From positions 18,712 through 82,711 of the IMG/VR virus record IMGVR_UViG_3300035661_000037: 64,000 nucleotides of DNA. The stretch is one strand, 5' to 3'. A program made the translations under genes and the position numbers. The notes under the pieces were generated by a model. It was not told where the DNA came from, did no database searches, and worked only from the letters and a program-made list of their open reading frames with translations. Positions 47,001 through 56,221 of the stretch are shown here, in pieces. Every line of letters begins with the position of its first letter. Position 1 is the stretch's first letter. This DNA comes from a virus.

Positions 47001-49241
47001 TTAATCTCCGCGTATTATATTTGTTCGGTTGCTTGGTTCTATGGTAGATACCCTTGTCTGCGCCTCTGCTTTCAATACTCTGTTTTCTGAATCTACTTTG
47101 CGCGTACCCAGCAATCTAGCTACAAAGGATGACAAATTGGCAGCTATATTCAGCAGTCCAGACAATGACAATACCCCAGAGATAGTTTTTGCTACAAGTT
47201 TCGTGGTGACTCCAGAAATGCTAAGTACCCCCAAAGATATTTTAGCTGTAACTTTTGTAATTGCGCCTGCCATCACCAATGAACCTGCAACCACTATATA
47301 CTTTATGCGTGATACAGTAGTGTTTCCAACAAACACTAGACCCGCGGCTATGCTCCGTGAAGTTGTTTTTAAAATTTGCGATGATACTGAAATAACGCCC
47401 GATACATATTTCGAGACCCGCTTATTTGTTGCCCCGCTAAACCCGATAACCCCTCCGATAGAGATTATACGTGCACGAAGACTAGATAGCGTTCCTGAAA
47501 AAGCTGTGTTACCTGACACGACCTTGGTACTCTGCTTTATAACAACGCCTATGGACGATACTAAACCTGAAATACTTCTAGCCGACGATTTTGATATACC
47601 TCCGGCCATTCCGTAAGTGCCTGTAATTAGCTTGTTACTATATTTTCTAACAGCCCCAACAAACCCGATAACACCGCCAACTGCCTGCGTATATACGACA
47701 GCCCCAGATTGCTTAATCCCGCCAAGAATTCCAGATACTGATATGGACGCTATTATATTCTTCGATGTTGCTTTAACTATGCTGCCGGTAACTACAAGAC
47801 TAGATGATAATTGTTTGTAGGTCGCCTTAACTATACTGCCAGTAACTACAAGACTAGACGATAATTTTTTGTAGGTTGATTTAACTATACTACCAGTAAC
47901 TACAAGATTAGATGATAATTGTTTGTAGGTTGCTTTAACTGTACTGCCAGTAACTACCAGATTAGATGATAATTGTTTGTAGGTTGCTTTAACTATACTG
48001 CCAGTAACTACCAGATTAGAAGATAGTTGTTTGTAGGTCGCCTTAACTATACTGCCAGTAACTACCAGATTAGAAGATAGTTTTTTATAGGTTGCTTTAA
48101 CTATACTACCAGTAACTACCAGAGTAGACGATAATTGTTTGTAGGTAGATTTGATAATTTGCCCACTAAACGAAATAGAACCTTGTATATATTTTTTGCT
48201 GGTGCGAAGAGACGCTCCAGCAAAACTAATCCCTGCAACAATACTTTTGCCTATGCTCCTTGGTAAAACTGCAGAAAGAGTTAGCGTACCACTTACTGTT
48301 TTTAGGAACTGAACCCCACCTGCTACAACCCTTTCAAATGCCCCTATGTCGTACAGAGATCCTTGCGGCCTTGCGGTGCCTTTGATGTCATCTGTTACTG
48401 AGGCGAGTGTAGCACCAGCTTCAACCAGAGCATTTGTCCCAGTCTTCAGAGTAAAATCTTCTGCACCTGCAGTAACGCTCGTAAATACTGCCGAGCCTGC
48501 GACACTATTAATACTTGACGTAAACCTCGCTGTCGCGCTGGTATCACTAGATGCGTTATTGTTTCCGGTCGGCGTACCCCCAGACCAGTAATCATCTGCC
48601 CCAGCAGTTGACGCCCCAGAATATGCATTCTTGCATACTAGTTCCGTACTTGAGACAAGTCCAAGTTGTGCGGCGTGCCGCCAGAATGTATTATTCGATG
48701 CTACTACGCTGGCTGCATTCCTTGTATCCCATGACCTCTGATAGCCGTAAACTATGTTATCTATAAATGTTAGTGATAGGTTAGCCGCGCCTGCTGTAAT
48801 TGTGTATCCGGTACCAACGATCGTGTCATGTATAATACAATGATTGATCTGGTGATCGTTACCCCCAGAGGTGAATGACCCACCAAGCTGATAATCCACT
48901 ACCGTAGCGGATGTTGCACTCCCAACGATTTCTAGCCCCTCTAACCTGACATGGTTTACCGACCCATAACGTATTGGGGTGGCCCCTGTATTCGCGGTCA
49001 ACCTAAAACCAGTACCTGATACAGCCCTTGATCGCCCATCATGCCGTTCAGCTGGGGGGGTATAAATCCTGATATAGTTTGTGGCAGACGTTGTGCTACC
49101 AGAGATTGCAACATCATCGGTTAAAGCAAAGTTGTAACACTCAGCAGTTTCAACTTCCGTCAATGTGGCGGGTAATGACGCTTCCCACGCCGACAAGGTG
49201 GTGTAGTCCCCGCCAGATGCTTTTATCGTCTTGAGCGCCAT
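47001..49241 (-). CDS. fibre protein: N-terminal beta-helix head plus 18-aa repeat shaft
   Basis: GGDYTTLSAWE...DDIKGTARPQG..YDIGAFE head; KATYKQLSSNLVVTGSIV repeats. Confidence 0.7.
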   Translation of the reverse strand: MALKTIKASGGDYTTLSAWEASLPATLTEVETAECYNFALTDDVAISGSTTSATNYIRIYTPPAERHDGRSRAVSGTGFRLTANTGATPIRYGSVNHVRLEGLEIVGSATSATVVDYQLGGSFTSGGNDHQINHCIIHDTIVGTGYTITAGAANLSLTFIDNIVYGYQRSWDTRNAASVVASNNTFWRHAAQLGLVSSTELVCKNAYSGASTAGADDYWSGGTPTGNNNASSDTSATARFTSSINSVAGSAVFTSVTAGAEDFTLKTGTNALVEAGATLASVTDDIKGTARPQGSLYDIGAFERVVAGGVQFLKTVSGTLTLSAVLPRSIGKSIVAGISFAGASLRTSKKYIQGSISFSGQIIKSTYKQLSSTLVVTGSIVKATYKKLSSNLVVTGSIVKATYKQLSSNLVVTGSIVKATYKQLSSNLVVTGSTVKATYKQLSSNLVVTGSIVKSTYKKLSSSLVVTGSIVKATYKQLSSSLVVTGSIVKATSKNIIASISVSGILGGIKQSGAVVYTQAVGGVIGFVGAVRKYSNKLITGTYGMAGGISKSSARSISGLVSSIGVVIKQSTKVVSGNTAFSGTLSSLRARIISIGGVIGFSGATNKRVSKYVSGVISVSSQILKTTSRSIAAGLVFVGNTTVSRIKYIVVAGSLVMAGAITKVTAKISLGVLSISGVTTKLVAKTISGVLSLSGLLNIAANLSSFVARLLGTRKVDSENRVLKAEAQTRVSTIEPSNRTNIIRGD
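47770..48147 (-). repeat. 54-bp coding tandem repeat x7
   Basis: Near-identical in-frame 54-nt units. Confidence 0.95.
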
Positions 49242-49645
49242 TACAACACCTTGGTCTTAATCACATCTTGCACTGCGGCATTTCCCCACGATAAGGTAAG
49301 GTGCCTGATCTGCTGCCATAATGCAACATCACTAGTATTTAGAAGTGCCATAGCCGCCGCTATATCAACACCATATTTTCTGCGCACAACTATTTCCGTA
49401 TCTATCGTTCCGTCTAAATATATAGATTCTAAATATGGTTGCGCCAAGGCTGTGTCAAGCCCAGTAAACTCAATGATACCAAACACATCCGGCCATAAGG
49501 TTGGGTCTAGCCCTTCTGCCACCCATTGCTCTTTGCTTTCATACCTGCCCCACACATGCTCGTCATCCACAATGCAAATAATGTCACCTGAGGTATATCG
49601 TTGCGGATTTTCAGCGGGGGCCAGACGGATTAAAAATTTAGCCAT
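49241..49645 (-). CDS. hypothetical protein, possible fibre chaperone
   Basis: GDIICIVDDEHVWG; directly before the fibre gene. Confidence 0.55.
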   Translation of the reverse strand: MAKFLIRLAPAENPQRYTSGDIICIVDDEHVWGRYESKEQWVAEGLDPTLWPDVFGIIEFTGLDTALAQPYLESIYLDGTIDTEIVVRRKYGVDIAAAMALLNTSDVALWQQIRHLTLSWGNAAVQDVIKTKVL

Positions 49646-49723
49646 TGCTAGCCAGCGTGACTTGGTGCTCTGGTATCATATAATTTCCCTTTGTTTGGCG
49701 CGTGATATAACAAATATAGTGTA

Positions 49724-50323
49724 TCAACCACCGTCAGAAATAGTCAGGTTATATGTAAATTGGATAGAGTCCCCAGACGCAGTAGTTATTGCAGCAAATA
49801 CTGTACGGTCAAGTAAAATCCCTGCGGTAGTGGTATTAAATATACCATGCTCAGTTACCGCTGCTACACCATCGAATGTTATGGTACCTACGGAGGTATA
49901 CGTTTTTCCAACGGAGCCAACTTGCGTACCTACTGCTCTAGTAGAATCTGGGTTAAGTACAGTTGTGCATGGTGTGCCAAGCGCTGTATCTGTAATAGCT
50001 TCAGCAGCTACACCTGTTCCGCATTCATGGTATTTGAAAGTAGACACGTCGGCGGCACCGGCTGCGTTGTTCATGTCATCACGTAAGTAGTTTACAAACG
50101 CTGTAGTAACTACGCGCCTACCAACACACCCTAAGTCTAGTTTAGAACCATTTGCACGAGTGATGACCGCTGATAGCTCCCCGTACGCTCGCGTACGGCC
50201 CTCATAGCCGGAAGCGAGCAACTTAGCCATACCATCTTCAAGCCAGACATATGAACCATAGTAAAACGCCCTCCAATGGGCTCTCCAGTTGCGTATACTG
50301 TACATAAGTTTGGCAATATTCAT
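49724..50323 (-). CDS. putative structural protein
   Basis: VVTTAFVNYL, GTGVAAEAITDTAL, AVTEHGIF, SGDSIQFTY. Confidence 0.65.
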   Translation of the reverse strand: MNIAKLMYSIRNWRAHWRAFYYGSYVWLEDGMAKLLASGYEGRTRAYGELSAVITRANGSKLDLGCVGRRVVTTAFVNYLRDDMNNAAGAADVSTFKYHECGTGVAAEAITDTALGTPCTTVLNPDSTRAVGTQVGSVGKTYTSVGTITFDGVAAVTEHGIFNTTTAGILLDRTVFAAITTASGDSIQFTYNLTISDGG

Positions 50324-50346
50324 GGCTTATTTTTCCTTTTATTTGT

Positions 50347-50464
50347 GTTAGGTCGCTTTTAGCATGAATATGCGATTGTGTCAAGCGTTAAAAGACTGAA
50401 ACCCCATAACATTACTGTCATAGGGTTTCGGATGCTACACCTACACTTGGTAGGTAAGACTAGA
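50347..50464 (-). repeat. 118-bp hairpin-hairpin-promoter unit, copy B
   Basis: Matches copy A; 14-bp stem with GTAA tetraloop, then TTGACA-17-TAAAAG. Confidence 0.93.
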
Positions 50465-51151
50465 TTACGATACGGTCGCAGTTCCGGCAGTCTTTACCCA
50501 AGCCCCTGCGATATATCTTAGTTCAACCCACATACCGGAAGCGTTAAAAGTTATAATAGTTCCGCCTGTAACTGATGATGGCACCACTACTAAATTACCT
50601 GCGCCTGAGCGAGTATTGACATATATCAGTTTTTGCTGCGCTTCGTCACCTGCTGCCAACGTCACTCGTTGATCCACTGCCTGAGTAAGCGTCATTCTCG
50701 TAGGTTCAGTAGATATATCAGCGACACCTAAATCTTGCCCCCCAGTCAGTGTTGCAGCAGACGGTGTTGCAACTGAGGCAGCGAGAGTAAATAGATTACC
50801 TGCGGCCACATAGGTGTCATATGTAGTTGTCAGTATTGTGGCATTCGAGGTATACGTAGCTACTGATATATTTGCCAGTACGCTAGCATTCAAAACTGTT
50901 GCTGTGTTTGAAAGTGTGGTAGTTAGGTCAACACCGATATTCACTTGGTTACCAGTCGCACCCGCAGCTACAAAGGTAAACACTGTACCATTCATGGTTA
51001 TCGTCGCGGCTGCTGTAGGATTCAGCGCGAACGTGATGGTTCCTGTGGCTTTTACACCGCCTGAAGTTAAACTATCCAACTCACCAGTCTTACCTGCGCG
51101 TAATTCTGGGAATGGAGATGTACCAAACTCTTCGCCAATACCTTGTGCCAT
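50465..51151 (-). CDS. putative capsid decoration / head fibre protein
   Basis: KATGTITF..NP...TITMNG..FTFVA domain; close to the capsid gene. Confidence 0.55.
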   Translation of the reverse strand: MAQGIGEEFGTSPFPELRAGKTGELDSLTSGGVKATGTITFALNPTAAATITMNGTVFTFVAAGATGNQVNIGVDLTTTLSNTATVLNASVLANISVATYTSNATILTTTYDTYVAAGNLFTLAASVATPSAATLTGGQDLGVADISTEPTRMTLTQAVDQRVTLAAGDEAQQKLIYVNTRSGAGNLVVVPSSVTGGTIITFNASGMWVELRYIAGAWVKTAGTATVS

Positions 51152-51167
51152 TCGCTGCTCCTTTTAT

Positions 51168-51461
51168 TTATTTATTTTTTGCTGCTTTTGTACGACCGTC
51201 AACTTTTACAAGTTGTTCTGATGGTACTTGCAAGTCTTCAAGTGTTTCTCCAGGCATAACAATCGTTTCAGCGACTGATTCCATAGGGGGCATAGTATCT
51301 TCAACTCGTACACGTCCACCAGCCACTTCGATGTCGTACAAGTCTTGGGGAATCTCAGCCCAGACTTCGTTATTCTCTTTGACGACCGTTGGATAGCCGT
51401 AGTGTGACCCAATAGTTCCGACAGCTTCGTGGGACTGGACATTGTGTAATTTTGCGAACAT
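51168..51461 (-). CDS. hypothetical head-associated protein
   Basis: AGGAG RBS after a late-class promoter. Confidence 0.55.
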   Translation of the reverse strand: MFAKLHNVQSHEAVGTIGSHYGYPTVVKENNEVWAEIPQDLYDIEVAGGRVRVEDTMPPMESVAETIVMPGETLEDLQVPSEQLVKVDGRTKAAKNK

Positions 51462-51526
51462 TAAAAGGCTCCTTTAGGTTTATGGTGCTTATATCATAGT
51501 ATTTTTGGGGTGTCAAGCGTTTGCGA

Positions 51527-51946
51527 TTACTCCCAAGAATAGTACATCTTTTCTGCGTCTGCAACCATCGCCACGTTATTTTCTATGGTTTTTGATAGCT
51601 CCAGTAGTTTTGCGAGATATTTTTGCTGGTCTAAGCTGTCTTTATTCTCGTGGGTACGTGGTCTAATGCCTAGTTTCTTACTTACACTTCTGATATATTT
51701 GTTAGAACTTTTTTCCTGCTCCAGCATCTTTGTAGCCAGTGCGTAACGAAACTCTATAGTCGGTAGATGGGAGCTAGCCTTTCCAGTTCTAACATCCTCC
51801 AGTACTCTCAAAGATTCGGTCAGTTCGGTTAGTAGTTTTCTAACGTCGTCCTCCGCAAGGGTGATTTCTGTACGGAAACTACCGGATTGAAATTTAATTT
51901 TTGCGGCTCCCCCTATCACCCCACAATTCACCAGTTCATTGCTCAT
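51527..51946 (-). CDS. hypothetical protein
   Basis: ORF with AAGGA RBS. Confidence 0.55.
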   Translation of the reverse strand: MSNELVNCGVIGGAAKIKFQSGSFRTEITLAEDDVRKLLTELTESLRVLEDVRTGKASSHLPTIEFRYALATKMLEQEKSSNKYIRSVSKKLGIRPRTHENKDSLDQQKYLAKLLELSKTIENNVAMVADAEKMYYSWE

Positions 51947-51961
51947 TTGGCATCCTTTAGT

Positions 51962-52222
51962 TTAAGCGTTTGCGTTTGCATCGTCGGTTAGTCCTAAATC
52001 TGAGTCGAGTTCTGCGTCTGACATTTTTAGAAACTTATCGGGTATCTTCTGCTCTTTTCTTGGGCCCCACCCACCGCCTTTTAGTACGAACGTCGTCGCA
52101 TCTATTTGTTTTTCTGATAGTTCTCCACACTTTGGGCAGGGTTCTTGGCGTAGCATCTCGGACATCTTTTTGAAGGTGGTAAATAGTTTGTGAGTTTGGC
52201 ATTTGTAGGTATAGGTAGGCAT
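51962..52222 (-). CDS. FmdB-family zinc-ribbon protein
   Basis: MPTYTYKC...CPKCG...FVLKGGGW. Confidence 0.85.
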   Translation of the reverse strand: MPTYTYKCQTHKLFTTFKKMSEMLRQEPCPKCGELSEKQIDATTFVLKGGGWGPRKEQKIPDKFLKMSDAELDSDLGLTDDANANA

Positions 52223-52411
52223 TACGGTTTTCTCCAGATATAAGCTGCATTCCCACAATCATATACTTTATTATAGTTTGCCGCAAGCATGTTCTCTGAC
52301 TCAGACTTTGATGCTCCTCCCACAGCAACTATGCCGAGTTTTGACGATATCCCATTCTGTAGAGTTTGAAAATGTTATCGGCTGCATAAGTTCATCGTCT
52401 TGATACAGTAA
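52222..52411 (-). pseudogene. deleted remnant of a Hef-like homing endonuclease
   Basis: Fragments LYQDDELMQPITFS, then (frameshift) SKLGIVAVGGASK and SESENMLAANYNKVYDCGNAAYIW; no start codon. Confidence 0.55.
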
Positions 52412-52448
52412 TTATAGATACGCTTTGATAAATATAAAGTGCTTACCC

Positions 52449-52476
52449 AAAATAAAAGACCCTCCGAAGAGGGTCT
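52449..52476 (-). terminator. intrinsic terminator after the capsid gene
   Basis: AGACCCTC-TTCG-GAGGGTCT plus TTTATTTT. Confidence 0.9.
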
Positions 52477-52495
52477 AGTCTAAGCTAAACTAATC

Positions 52496-53428
52496 TTAGT
52501 TATTGATGCTTGGTAGGCGTGCGAGGCCTTTGCGATTGAAGTTACAGAAGTTTGCGTACTGTTTCACTCGAACGATGTCGTTGTCACGTGCTTCTTGTTT
52601 ACCGATCATCTCAATTTGAATACCGGCGGGCACTGCAATTGGGTGAATACCTGCTACACCAATCTTTTCGCTGCCGTCATCAAAGTTTCCTGCCCATACA
52701 GATGCCAGCGCGCCACCTGACAATGCTGCGCCGTTAGCGGTTTCCACAACACTCAAGAAAGAGTTCTTGAAAATTGGGATGCCCTCATAACCGATTACTT
52801 GACGGCCATCTGGCAGTGAGAGTACCTCCGTTGCGCTTGTGCCGCCGAGTGCGCGAAGTAATATTTTGTAGCTTCGGATAGTACGCGCAGGCATCATCAG
52901 CCAATCAACATCACCGTTCTTAGACAGAACCAAGTCGAGTAACTCGTCAAGCAATGCGAAACTCAGTGCCTGTCCAGCAGAAGCAGTTGTAAATTGTCCT
53001 GAATCTACGAGAGAGTGCAGGGAATTCATTTGCGGGGATGTACCTGTACCTGTTGCGATACCTTGCTGGAACAGACGACCTACTGCTTTTGCCTTGCTAG
53101 AAATTTCTACAGCCAGTTGGTCTACGCCACCTCCAACAGATTGGGCTTGTACCAGACCGTCCAACTCAACGTCGCCGATAAGTTTAGTTGAGGTGAAAGG
53201 TACTTGGGTGAATGTTGCAGCCGCTTTATTGGTGATGGTCGCATCAACTGCGTACAGACCTGCATCGCCAAGGGCGTTCTCCCTATTTACCAAAATCGCC
53301 TGTCCAGAATATCCTGCAAATGGCAGCAGAGAGTACATCGGATTAATATCGATGATATCTTGAACAACCCCCATTATCAGTTGGTCCTGTACGAGTTTCT
53401 TTGCTTCGGCTAGTGTTTGTGATGCCAT
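52496..53428 (-). CDS. major capsid protein (HK97 fold, YuA/M6-like)
   Basis: MASQTLAEAKKLVQDQL..GV...I..N...LPF N-terminus; NRENALGD; follows the scaffold gene. Confidence 0.9.
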   Translation of the reverse strand: MASQTLAEAKKLVQDQLIMGVVQDIIDINPMYSLLPFAGYSGQAILVNRENALGDAGLYAVDATITNKAAATFTQVPFTSTKLIGDVELDGLVQAQSVGGGVDQLAVEISSKAKAVGRLFQQGIATGTGTSPQMNSLHSLVDSGQFTTASAGQALSFALLDELLDLVLSKNGDVDWLMMPARTIRSYKILLRALGGTSATEVLSLPDGRQVIGYEGIPIFKNSFLSVVETANGAALSGGALASVWAGNFDDGSEKIGVAGIHPIAVPAGIQIEMIGKQEARDNDIVRVKQYANFCNFNRKGLARLPSINN

Positions 53429-53532
53429 GTTAGTTCTCCTAAAAGTTATAAATTAAATCAACAATGTTGTCCGTCGAGCCTAACCCAACTTCCAAGAGAG
53501 CCTTACGGCATCCCCGCTACTTCTTTACTACT

Positions 53533-54306
53533 TTAAACGCGTCCGCGCTGTCTTAGTCCTTCAGCAATAAGCTGTGTGCTGGATGCCTTCGAAGCGTCAA
53601 ACCCTCGCGTACCCCCCTTAGCCGGTGCAGCACCAGAACCTTTGCTAGCACGTCGCAGATATGTTTTCTTCTCTGCTAGACCTTCAAGCCATTCTTTAGC
53701 ACTCAGCGGGGTACGACCGTCCTTGCCCATACGCAACACGCCGTCAGAATCTCGTGGTGCTACGTTACCCTCGTCATCCATATGGAACATTGTACGGGCT
53801 TGCAAAAGGATATCATCCAGTGCTGCCGGTTCAAAGTCTAGTTCCGCATAAGCTGATCGAATATTTCCGTCAATTGCCAAGGATTTCAGACGCTCATCTT
53901 TAGCCTTAATAACTGATTCATACTCATTCAACTTTGTATCTCGTGCCTGAAGTTGCGCCGCTACATCGCGGTCACGCGCTTCCGTACGCTTCTTCATCAC
54001 TTCTTCAAGTTTACCTTCTGCTAGAAGTTTCATTTCTTCATTAGCTTCTATGTTCTTCTTCATTTCCAACAACTTCTCATATTCAGCCTGTTCCAGTTTC
54101 GGGGCTTTCTGCAACTTACCAATCAGTTCTTGATTCTTTGCTTTCAATCCTGCGACTTCCGCATCAATCGCCGCTTGCATAGCTGCTTTGATTACTGGGT
54201 TATTCATGTCAATTGTGGCTGAACCACCTGCTCCTGAACCACCTTCGTCACCATTTTCTTCCGCTTGAAACTTGAAACAAAACGCCTTGCGTTTTCCTAC
54301 TAACAT
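53533..54306 (-). CDS. head scaffolding protein
   Basis: EVAGLKAKNQELI coiled coil; SKGSGA; LIAEGL tail. Confidence 0.8.
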   Translation of the reverse strand: MLVGKRKAFCFKFQAEENGDEGGSGAGGSATIDMNNPVIKAAMQAAIDAEVAGLKAKNQELIGKLQKAPKLEQAEYEKLLEMKKNIEANEEMKLLAEGKLEEVMKKRTEARDRDVAAQLQARDTKLNEYESVIKAKDERLKSLAIDGNIRSAYAELDFEPAALDDILLQARTMFHMDDEGNVAPRDSDGVLRMGKDGRTPLSAKEWLEGLAEKKTYLRRASKGSGAAPAKGGTRGFDASKASSTQLIAEGLRQRGRV

Positions 54307-54378
54307 ATTAAAACTCCTAGAGTTGTTGAAAAATTTGTAATGCCACTACCTTGCATATACTACATAAACTTTATCGTG

Positions 54379-55836
54379 TCAAGCATTATTTACATTCTGT
54401 GTTGCTAAATTCTGGGCGGTCGTGCCTGTATTGGGAGGCGGCATAGCATCTTGGGCAGCTTTGGCAATGGCTGCTGCTTGCTCATCCATACGTTTTTTTA
54501 TGCTCGCAAATTCTTTTTCAAACGTGCTATCAATACCATACATGTTAGACTCGTTCATGTTCTTATATAGTGTCTCAGCGGATATAGTACCCTTAAGATA
54601 GCCTCCAAATAAAGCGTTTACCATGTTGGCGTCTAGGTTACTGCGTACTAAATCTTTGTTCAACTTGATAGACACTTCTTCAGGTTTAGCGCCTTCCCAT
54701 TCAGCGCATATCTTAGCCCCCCAGTTTAACAGCGATTCAGTAACTACCAAGATACTTGATAGCATCTCAGTTGCTTGATTCTCGCGGATTTCAGAACCTT
54801 TAGCTGTTTCTACACCTGTGGAAATCTTGGACTGGCTGACGAAGCGAGCGCCGATGCTTAGAGCTGTCTGCTCTAGTCTATCCAGCATATTTTCAGCGTG
54901 TTGCAGAGACTTGCCATCTACCTCTACAAAACCTACCTGCGATCCTTCTGGGAGAACCCAAGCTGTTTTTGCACCTAAGTTAAATGTTAGTTCCCCGTTA
55001 TCGTTATTGAGGTTAGCAGCAATCCACGGCGTAGGAAAACATAATGTGTGTACCGCATCTGAATAGCTGGAACTGTACATATAATGCTTCCAGTTGACAG
55101 ATGCCAAATCATATAGTGGTGACTTTACTATACTAAAAGACAGTCCGTCAGGACTTGCACACGCAAAAGGAATATATGTGAGTGGGCGACCGCCTTTAGT
55201 AGGCTTGATAGTATCTACTATTTCCCAAACATTTTTACGAGTCTTTTTATCTTTAACTTCCTGATGAATATTTACAATGTATTCGCCACTTGCGTCAAGC
55301 ATTAATTCCCGATATTGTTCTTTTTGTTCTAAACTATATTTATCTTTAGGGTCTCTGACAAATATCTCTTCTTCAAGGACTATAAATTTCTCAGTATCTT
55401 GGGTATCCCAGTTAGTTATATCATCACCATCATAGACTACTAAATAAGGTGCGCCACCATCCGCTGGGCGATCTACCAATAGCCCAACTCGTCCATACTC
55501 CAATAAACTCTTCACAACTTGTGTGGCAAGATCGGACATTGACGATCCATCTGAAGTTGCCTTCTGTTCTAGGTAAGAAATACGTAGTGGGAGGGTAACT
55601 TCTGGCGGTTTATAGAACACAGCGCCCAATAATCCTGCGCAGGTCTTAGACGTTACCGGAAAAAATATTGTACGGTTTTTAATTGCTTGGTATTGAGGTT
55701 CAGTCTGACCTGATAAGCGCGGTAAGTAGGTCTCATTCGCAGCCTTGACTTCCTGCTCACCGTCAGTGAAGTCTGATACCAGGTCCCACATTGACTCAGC
55801 TTCTACATAACTTGGGTGCTTTGTGGCGATACTCAT
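54379..55836 (-). CDS. portal protein (DUF4055-like)
   Basis: HPSY, YLPRL, GRVGLLVD, YIPF, PLYDLA..N..HY. Confidence 0.9.
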   Translation of the reverse strand: MSIATKHPSYVEAESMWDLVSDFTDGEQEVKAANETYLPRLSGQTEPQYQAIKNRTIFFPVTSKTCAGLLGAVFYKPPEVTLPLRISYLEQKATSDGSSMSDLATQVVKSLLEYGRVGLLVDRPADGGAPYLVVYDGDDITNWDTQDTEKFIVLEEEIFVRDPKDKYSLEQKEQYRELMLDASGEYIVNIHQEVKDKKTRKNVWEIVDTIKPTKGGRPLTYIPFACASPDGLSFSIVKSPLYDLASVNWKHYMYSSSYSDAVHTLCFPTPWIAANLNNDNGELTFNLGAKTAWVLPEGSQVGFVEVDGKSLQHAENMLDRLEQTALSIGARFVSQSKISTGVETAKGSEIRENQATEMLSSILVVTESLLNWGAKICAEWEGAKPEEVSIKLNKDLVRSNLDANMVNALFGGYLKGTISAETLYKNMNESNMYGIDSTFEKEFASIKKRMDEQAAAIAKAAQDAMPPPNTGTTAQNLATQNVNNA

Positions 55837-55982
55837 TTCTTTTTAGCCTTGGCCTTGGCTTTACGCGCAGTTGATAGGGCGATAGCTACCGCCTGAGCTT
55901 GGGTCATCTGTGGATGCTTCTTCAGCTCCATAGAAATATTTTTGCTTACTGACTTTTTTGAGTATCCTGCGATTAAGGGCAT
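55833..55982 (-). CDS. 49-aa basic protein (MPLIAGYSKKSVSKNI...QAVAIAL)
   Basis: Translated by hand; common small phage family; ATGA overlap with portal. Confidence 0.7.
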   Translation of the reverse strand: MPLIAGYSKKSVSKNISMELKKHPQMTQAQAVAIALSTARKAKAKAKKK

Positions 55983-56038
55983 AGTTGGACTCCTTATAGG
56001 TATGCTGTGCTTATATCAGGTTTTTTTGGCTGTGTCAA

Positions 56039-56221
56039 CTAAAGTCCAAATATATCTTTAGCCGCCTGAAAGTCGTCACGTTCTTTAGGGTTGCAAGAAC
56101 TTGCATCATGGTGCTTAACTAGCGCCACAGCATCCCTAGAATTCTGGACGCTTGGGTTATTGAATCCGTTTATGACCTCGTTGGTTCTGGCGTAGGCGGC
56201 TTGTATTTCTGGTGGGGTCAT
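56039..56221 (-). CDS. hypothetical protein
   Basis: ATGA overlap with TerL. Confidence 0.5.
   Translation of the reverse strand: MTPPEIQAAYARTNEVINGFNNPSVQNSRDAVALVKHHDASSCNPKERDDFQAAKDIFGL

Noticed and set aside
47770-48147. Possible CRISPR array
   Set aside because: Contiguous in-frame 54-bp coding repeats with no unique spacers
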